A program made the translations under genes and the position numbers. Of a stretch of 13,180 bases of DNA, positions 7,941 to 13,180 are shown one piece after another. The DNA comes from an uncultured archaeon (lineage in GTDB: Archaea; Asgardarchaeota; Lokiarchaeia; Sigyniarchaeales; SOKP01), in assembly GCA_964508365.1 (NCBI GenBank), contig CAZDTP010000084.1:1-13180 (forward strand), read 5' to 3'. The notes beneath the pieces are model-generated. The model was not told the DNA's origin. It saw only the letters and a program-made list of their open reading frames with translations, and did no database searches. Numbering within the stretch: position 1 is the stretch's first letter; the number at the start of each line of letters is the position of its first letter.

Positions 7941-8077
7941 TTTTCATCCTTTAAAGGAATGGCAAGAAAAGGAAATTAAAGAATTTCTAATTTTTCTAAG
8001 AAATAAGACTTTTAAAAATTGTACTAGACCATTATTATTTATCAATTAAATTAACGTATTATACAAAAAGAGAAAAG

Positions 8078-8085
8078 AAAAAAAA
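8078..8085 (-). terminator. Oligo-T tract downstream of the ThDP enzyme gene
   Basis: A8 run within AGAAAAGAAAAAAAAG on +, which is T-rich on the minus strand, about 20 nt after the TAA at 8105-8107. Confidence 0.4.
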
Positions 8086-8104
8086 GAATTTCTTTATGGT
8101 GTTT

Positions 8105-9808
8105 TTATGAAGTTCTAACCCTCAGATGCGAGGCACGACTAGTGACAACATCAACTACCGTAGGTTTATCACTTTTAAAACCTTTTTCAAGGGCAGGTCG
8201 AAGATCATCTAGTTCTTCAACACGAATTCCTTCCACACCCATCGAATTTGCGATATCGGCAAAATTTGTTTCAGGGTACTCTGCAAGAGGTCTACTTTTT
8301 CTAGAAAAGAAATCTCGTACATTTCCTAAGCTTTGATTGTTAAACACTACGTACATGAGAGGTATGTTATATTGTTTCACAGTTTCAAAGTTATAAAGAG
8401 ACATCATCATACCGCCATCTCCAACCGCACTGACAACTTTTCCCTGCTTATTTAGCAGTTGAGCGGCCACCGAAGCACTGGGACCCCAAGCCATTCCAGC
8501 CGCACCACCAGGACCGATTACCTGTCCGGCTTTTTTAGATTTGAACATTTTACAGAACCATATTTTCTTGTTCCCGGCATCCAAAACAAGCAGATCTTCT
8601 TCTCTAACTAGTTCATTGAGTTCTTTTACGATCCTTTCAGGTTCTATAGGTACTTTAGTTGAATCATACCATTTATTGGTGAAAAACTCATTTTCGGGTG
8701 TGGCCTTTAATTCCAGTATGGTTGAAATCCTCTTTTGTACATCAATTTGTGGATTTTTTGCCTTAATAGTGTTAATTATCGCCCTTAAACCTAATTTTGC
8801 ATCCGAAGTTGCACCTAGAGTTGCCGGATATGTCCAGGCTGCATTGCGGGGTTCAATATCAATATGGAGTAGTTTCTGATTTTCAACATCAATAAATTTT
8901 TTACTACAATCATTAGTATTATCGGGAGCAAGGCAAGTTCCTACGGCAAGAATGGTATCTGCCTTACCTATAAGATCTGTAGCTAACTTCTGTCCCCGAC
9001 CGGCCATCACACCTAAAGCGAGGTCGTGAGTTTCTGCAATACTACTTTTTCCCATATAACTTGTAGCAACGGGCATTCCGATCAGTTCGGCAAGTTCTTG
9101 TACTTCTTCATAAGCACTTGAAACATGAATTCCCCTCCCGCATATTAAGACAGGGTTCTCTGCGTTGATTAAATAATCTACCATCTTCTCAGCATCAGAT
9201 TTTGCTATGCTTGGTGGACTCACGCTAAGATATCCTTTTGTTGGATATATTGGTGGATCTAAACCGGCGGGATCATCAATAAATCCTCCAATGGAAGTCA
9301 TTTTGGTGATTACTGCAGCTGGACCCGGTCTTCCAGAAATTGCATGTTTTATCGCAATTTGCACACCGTAAACGACGTCTTTAGGTGAGGTTGCAAATGT
9401 AGTAAATTTTGTCATCGAACGAAACATATTTGGCAGATCAACGGAACCATATGCCCCCGATCCGCATTGATATGGACCGTGAAGACTCAAGTTGCTCCAA
9501 TCTGAAACATCTGTTATTATCAGCATCGGAGAGCCAGCAAGAAAGGCTTCCACTATACCGAATGCTCCATTAGTGCCTATCCATAATCCTTGACCTAATA
9601 AAAGACCAGGTTTTTTAGTAATCCTTCCGTAAATATCTGCCATCGCAGAAGCACCACCTTCGTGACGGGTGACGATTACATTAATTTTATCACTGTGTTG
9701 ATAGAGCGCTTCTATTAGAAATTGAGTATAACCCCCCGGTAAACAAAAAGCGTGGTCTATTCCTGCTTGAGTGATTGCCTTAACAACTAAATCTATAACT
9801 CTTGGCAT
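8105..9808 (-). CDS. Thiamine diphosphate-dependent enzyme, acetolactate synthase large subunit-like superfamily
   Basis: 567 aa. N-terminal PYR domain (AFCLPGG...TRHEGGASAMAD with catalytic Glu), central domain (PVLICGRG...GMPVATSYMGKS), and ThDP motif GDGGMMM...VVFNNQSLG. AAGGA lies about 8-12 nt upstream of the ATG. Confidence 0.92.
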   Translation of the reverse strand: MPRVIDLVVKAITQAGIDHAFCLPGGYTQFLIEALYQHSDKINVIVTRHEGGASAMADIYGRITKKPGLLLGQGLWIGTNGAFGIVEAFLAGSPMLIITDVSDWSNLSLHGPYQCGSGAYGSVDLPNMFRSMTKFTTFATSPKDVVYGVQIAIKHAISGRPGPAAVITKMTSIGGFIDDPAGLDPPIYPTKGYLSVSPPSIAKSDAEKMVDYLINAENPVLICGRGIHVSSAYEEVQELAELIGMPVATSYMGKSSIAETHDLALGVMAGRGQKLATDLIGKADTILAVGTCLAPDNTNDCSKKFIDVENQKLLHIDIEPRNAAWTYPATLGATSDAKLGLRAIINTIKAKNPQIDVQKRISTILELKATPENEFFTNKWYDSTKVPIEPERIVKELNELVREEDLLVLDAGNKKIWFCKMFKSKKAGQVIGPGGAAGMAWGPSASVAAQLLNKQGKVVSAVGDGGMMMSLYNFETVKQYNIPLMYVVFNNQSLGNVRDFFSRKSRPLAEYPETNFADIANSMGVEGIRVEELDDLRPALEKGFKSDKPTVVDVVTSRASHLRVRTS

Positions 9809-9925
9809 CTTATAAGTTCCTTTTATTCTAATTAGATTTAATTATATTTTATGTCATTTGAATTTATAATTATTCTTATATTAGATTTTTTAATTCAGAA
9901 GAGAATACCAATTATAAGAGATTAA

Positions 9926-10270
9926 TTAAATATAAGAGGAGATATCTTCAAATTTGATCTTATAAATCTCACTCCAAGTATCAAACTCTTCTTGTGTCAA
10001 TAAATGAAATTCAAACGGATGACTAAGCGGTAATCCCGATTTTTCTTCTATGTTGGCAATTATTTCTGCTCTTTTTAAATGTTTTTTAGGGACTTCCGCA
10101 ATAATTAGAATATCGATATCACTAGCAGCTACTAAATTTCCTTCAATTATACTCCCAAATAGATATATCTGAGATTCATTTAAAACAAGTTTAATGTTCT
10201 TGTAGATTATTTTCAAGTATTCTTTATGATTTTTAATCATATCTTTAGTTCTAATCATTAGATCTAACAT
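9926..10270 (-). CDS. Minimal nucleotidyltransferase (MNT), antitoxin-type partner of HEPN
   Basis: IYLFGSIIEGNLVAASDIDILII is an exact GS-X10-DxD motif, with third acidic strand FEFHLLT. ATG at 10270 (MLDLMIRTKDMIKN...) is preferred over the TTG at 10279. Overlaps the HEPN stop by 20 nt. Confidence 0.9.
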   Translation of the reverse strand: MLDLMIRTKDMIKNHKEYLKIIYKNIKLVLNESQIYLFGSIIEGNLVAASDIDILIIAEVPKKHLKRAEIIANIEEKSGLPLSHPFEFHLLTQEEFDTWSEIYKIKFEDISSYI

Positions 10271-10634
10271 ATTCAACAATTTTTTTTATTTCTTCTGCAA
10301 TTTTTATCGCTTCTTCAGCGTCTTCTTTCTCATAAGTAAAATTAAAATATCTAGAATTCAAATAAGCACTTTCAAGAAATAATAGAGCTTTTCTATCGTA
10401 TTTAAACTCATCATGTTCTGTTAACTCATATAATAATGCAAATAATTTTCTAATCGAATGAGTTTTTGGTAATTCTCCTCCTTTTTCAAGGATGATGGCT
10501 TTTGTTGTAAGTTGAACAGATTGTTCTGCCATAAAACATGTTAAATCCCAATCTTCTTTTTGAAATCTCTCTTTCGCTCCATCTAAAAAGTTTTTAGCTC
10601 GTTTTACAAAAAGCTCTACTTCATCTTTATGCAT
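10251..10634 (-). CDS. HEPN domain protein (COG2250/PF05168-like)
   Basis: RAKNFLDGAKERFQKEDWDLTCFMAEQSVQLTTKAII...PKTHSIRKLF...LESAYLNSRY...EDAEEAIKIAEEI is the typical HEPN helical pattern with THxI and YxxxRY motifs. TTATATAG TATA-like box about 24-31 nt upstream of the ATG. Confidence 0.92.
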   Translation of the reverse strand: MHKDEVELFVKRAKNFLDGAKERFQKEDWDLTCFMAEQSVQLTTKAIILEKGGELPKTHSIRKLFALLYELTEHDEFKYDRKALLFLESAYLNSRYFNFTYEKEDAEEAIKIAEEIKKIVEYVRSND

Positions 10635-10940
10635 ATATAATAAGATTATTTTCTAACTATATAATTTTACTTCAGAATGTAAGGTTAAAGATGTTTTATA
10701 TCATAAACTGAATTAAGGTCTGGCTATAGGAGATCAAAGGTTCTTTTCCAAAAGAGGAAACTGTTTTATTTACGAAAAAGTCATAAAATTGATATCATAT
10801 AAACAAAAAACTTAATTTATTTACATTTTTCTCTAATAAAAGCTAATTTTAGATGTAATTCTATAAAGATGTGAAGTCTTATTAGTTCGACACCAACAGC
10901 TCAAGATAAAAAATTCGACAAACGCCTTTTAATCATTTTC

Positions 10941-12134
10941 ATGATTCAATTTACAGAGGTTTTAGGATTTAGCAGTGTGATGCCCATAATCCCATTTTTA
11001 GGGTTATCTTTAGGTTTGAATGCGTTTCAAGTTGGTTTAATTCTTAGTATTTTTAGTATATGTCAATTATTCGCTAGTCCAATTACAGGGAAACTTAGTG
11101 ATAGATTTGGTAGAAAACCATTGCTATTATTCAGTCAAACGAGTACTTTTATAGGATTTATTCTTTTGGGATTTGCCAATAATGTCTGGATATTAGTTGC
11201 AGCACGTCTTGTAGATGGACTCCTAGGAAGTAATATGACCGTCAGCCAGGCGTATATTAGCGATGTGACAAATCCAAAATATCGAACTAAAACGTATGGT
11301 TATTCAAGCGCGGTTTTTGGTGCTGGATTAATTTTTGGACCAGTGATTGGAGGATTATTATTATCAATTAGCTTTTCAGCTCCCTTTTTTTTTGCTGCTG
11401 GAATTAGTCTTCTCTCAATTATATTGGTATTACTCTTTTTGCCTGAATCGTTAACTAAAAAAGAGGAAAAATTAGATTTTAAGCTTGGAGATATCTTTCC
11501 TACTAAAGAAACTAAACGATTCTTTAAAGCAGCTGAAATTCGAGGTCTGCTTGTGGTCTTTTTCATCTATAATTTCGGATTTTTTCTATTTATCACAACA
11601 TTTGCAATATTTGCTGCTAATCAAATTAATGTTTCTCCCCAAGAGGTAAGTTTTTATATGGCTTGGCTTGGTGTTCTTAGGGTCCTTTTTCAGAGTGTTC
11701 TCATCAATCCTTTAGTGAAAAAAGTAGGTGAAAACAAAACTCTAGCAATAGGTAATTTTGCGATGATTTTTGCGATGGCAATCCTTATATTTTCTACTAG
11801 TTATTTGATTGTATATCTCCCATTTTTCTTTTTAGCATTTGGAACAGGTGTAGTTCGCCCAATTCTAACTAGCAAACTAACTAAAGCCGTTAAAAAAGAG
11901 GAAACTGGTAGTGTACTAGGCGTAAATAATGGATTAACCAGCATTGGTCAAATAATTAGCCCAATTCTCGGCGGATTTATCTTACAATTTCTACCAACAC
12001 AAACTCTCCCAATTTTATCAGCAGTCATATTCGTACTCATATTTCTCCTATGGCAATGGGCATTTGGTAATTCAGTTCAAAAAGAAAAAGAGCAACTACA
12101 AAAATCAGAAGAACAAGTAATTAATTTAGAATAG
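10941..12134 (+). CDS. MFS transporter, DHA1/TetA-like drug:H+ antiporter; true N-terminus probably upstream of 10941
   Basis: Motif A GKLSDRFGRKP, motif B-like ILVAARLVDGLLG, motif C GAGLIFGPVIGG, about 12 hydrophobic segments. The frame is open upstream to 10875 (SLISSTPTAQDKKFDKRLLIIF-M). Confidence 0.9.
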   Translation: MIQFTEVLGFSSVMPIIPFLGLSLGLNAFQVGLILSIFSICQLFASPITGKLSDRFGRKPLLLFSQTSTFIGFILLGFANNVWILVAARLVDGLLGSNMTVSQAYISDVTNPKYRTKTYGYSSAVFGAGLIFGPVIGGLLLSISFSAPFFFAAGISLLSIILVLLFLPESLTKKEEKLDFKLGDIFPTKETKRFFKAAEIRGLLVVFFIYNFGFFLFITTFAIFAANQINVSPQEVSFYMAWLGVLRVLFQSVLINPLVKKVGENKTLAIGNFAMIFAMAILIFSTSYLIVYLPFFFLAFGTGVVRPILTSKLTKAVKKEETGSVLGVNNGLTSIGQIISPILGGFILQFLPTQTLPILSAVIFVLIFLLWQWAFGNSVQKEKEQLQKSEEQVINLE

Positions 12135-12159
12135 ATTCCTTTCTTTTCCTCTAGATTAT

Positions 12160-12756
12160 TTAGGTTTTATTATTAAACTTCTCCCAAATGTCTTTTGAGA
12201 TATTTCGTAGATTATTGGTAAAATCTGATTTAAATCCTTTTAAAACCTCGTTAAATTCTTTTCCTAAATCAGTCCATTTTAATCGATAAATAAGGTATTC
12301 CCAATCTATTATGTTCGTGTTAGCTATTAAAATTTGTAAAATATCATTTATATCCGTTGAACTACGATCAGATCGCCCTAGTTTTGTTAGGATATAATCT
12401 TCAACGGATAACACATAAACATTAGAATAGAATTTTTGGATTCTATTTACCATCTTTTCATCCCAACGAAATGTGTCACAAGGTTGTAGCCAGATTTCTG
12501 CTTCTCCACCCTTTCCGAATACAGTAAACAAATTGTGATTTATTTTAGGCGCTTGAACAGTTGAAATCTCATGTTTTTTTAATATATTAATGAATTCATT
12601 TAATTCCTCTTGATTTTTAATATAGATACAAAGATCGAGATCCAAAGTTGATCTCGCTATATTATAAGCTGGAAGTGCCAAACCCCCTATAATTACTATA
12701 GGTAAGTCGCAAGAAGCTGCTGTTTTTAAAATTATTTGAAGAAGATCACTATTCAA
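12160..12756 (-). CDS. Nucleotidyltransferase of the DUF6036/DUF2204/AbiEii-like (MenT-like) group, putative toxin
   Basis: IVIIGGLALPAYNIARSTLDLDLCI (GG-x-A...R-x-T-x-D-x-D) and VLSVEDYILTKLGRSDRSSTDINDILQIL (K...R-x2-3-D-x2-D). TTG start overlaps the upstream small ORF stop. Confidence 0.8.
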   Translation of the reverse strand: MNSDLLQIILKTAASCDLPIVIIGGLALPAYNIARSTLDLDLCIYIKNQEELNEFINILKKHEISTVQAPKINHNLFTVFGKGGEAEIWLQPCDTFRWDEKMVNRIQKFYSNVYVLSVEDYILTKLGRSDRSSTDINDILQILIANTNIIDWEYLIYRLKWTDLGKEFNEVLKGFKSDFTNNLRNISKDIWEKFNNKT

Positions 12757-12907
12757 CTTGAATCAACTTGAGTAAATCTTTAAAGATCTGTTCTCTGGTT
12801 TTTCCTCGCTCAATTAAGCGTTGAAATTCCTCTACTTTTTTATACGCCCTTTCTATATCCGAAAGAGTAACATAGATCGGAGATCGGGTTTTTTTCTTCA
12901 CGGTCAT
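12749..12907 (-). CDS. Small 52-aa helical protein, putative antitoxin/partner of the downstream nucleotidyltransferase (not in the ORF track)
   Basis: Translated by hand: MTVKKKTRSPIYVTLSDIERAYKKVEEFQRLIERGKTREQIFKDLLKLIQVE*. ATG at 12907, AGGA about 6-9 nt upstream, TTATAAA at 12947-12941. The TAG at 12751-12749 overlaps the TTG start at 12756 by 8 nt. Confidence 0.72.
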   Translation of the reverse strand: MTVKKKTRSPIYVTLSDIERAYKKVEEFQRLIERGKTREQIFKDLLKLIQVE

Positions 12908-12940
12908 GTTTTTCCTATAGATATAATGTAATTAATCCTT

Positions 12941-12947
12941 TTTATAA
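12941..12947 (-). promoter_or_regulatory. TATA box candidate for the small ORF-nucleotidyltransferase operon
   Basis: Minus strand reads AGGAAG-TTATAAA, a purine-rich BRE-like run followed by TATA, 34-40 nt upstream of ATG 12907. Confidence 0.45.
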
Positions 12948-13134
12948 CTTCCTATGGATTTCTTATATATTAAGCCTAGAAGTGATGTAATAATGAATTA
13001 TACTATCAAAAACAAAAATAAGGATTGTCATATAAGTATTAATTCGTGAAACTCAGCTTTTATTCTTAAAAAGTATAAAGTTTATACCATTATAGGTAAT
13101 TGATTAAAAATCATTCTTATTTGAATCAATCATT

Positions 13135-13158
13135 ATTAAAAACTTCCAAGTTTTTAAT
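13135..13158. repeat. Inverted repeat ATTAAAAACTT-CC-AAGTTTTTAAT
   Basis: 11-bp perfect arms with a 2-nt centre, read directly from the sequence. Confidence 0.75.
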
Positions 13159-13180
13159 TAAGTATTCACCATATAGTACT

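Noticed and set aside
8142-8879. Plus-strand ORFs 8142..8336 and 8541..8879
   Set aside because: Ser-rich antisense shadows of the ThDP enzyme gene.
9848-9856. TTTATGTCA shared with 6267-6275, both near TATA boxes of minus-strand genes
   Set aside because: A 9-mer match in AT-rich intergenic DNA is weak, spacing to the TATA box differs, and the 9848 copy has no partner half-site.
10872-10874. UGA as selenocysteine in the MFS N-terminus
   Set aside because: Codon 2 of a transporter is not a plausible Sec site, and no SECIS-like stem is visible in the 25-bp gap after the gene.
10883-10897. GTTCGA, resembling a tRNA T-loop
   Set aside because: No flanking T-stem or cloverleaf can be formed; it lies in the open MFS N-terminal extension.
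11300-11566. 88-aa minus-strand ORF
   Set aside because: Antisense shadow of the hydrophobic MFS frame, hence Lys/Asn-rich.
12751-12771. Tandem TCAACTTGA x2 at the small ORF/NTase junction
   Set aside because: Only two short copies, encoding KLIQVE; not a CRISPR array or meaningful repeat.
1-13180. CRISPR array, IS element/transposase, rRNA or tRNA
   Set aside because: No regularly spaced repeats, no transposase or integrase motifs in any ORF, and no GC-rich structured RNA segment.

Overview
AT-rich (roughly 30-35% GC by eye), gene-dense, archaeal-looking window. The TATA-type promoters, oligo-T terminators, TrmB regulator, HEPN-MNT pair, URO-D/MtaA-like paralog and LVIVD surface protein suggest an Asgard (Lokiarchaeia-like) host, but this is inference only. 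Contents in order: 5'-truncated PNPOx-like flavin-binding protein (+); ABC-2 type exporter operon of ATPase plus two permeases (-), divergent from a TrmB-family regulator (+), with a perfect 16-bp palindrome centred between the two starts; membrane-anchored LVIVD-repeat protein (-); URO-D/MtaA-like protein and cyclophilin-like-fold protein (+); ThDP-dependent ALS-like enzyme (-); HEPN-MNT pair (-); DHA1/TetA-like MFS transporter (+); and a nucleotidyltransferase (-) preceded by an overlapping 52-aa ORF that is missing from the ORF track. The best candidate for a new system is this last pair, which resembles a MenA1/MenT1-like toxin-antitoxin module in an archaeon. There are also three point-level anomalies: Asn for His in the ABC H-switch, a probable premature TAA in the cyclophilin-like gene, and an in-frame ATG-TGA upstream of the MFS. 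No tRNA, rRNA, CRISPR array or transposase is supported.
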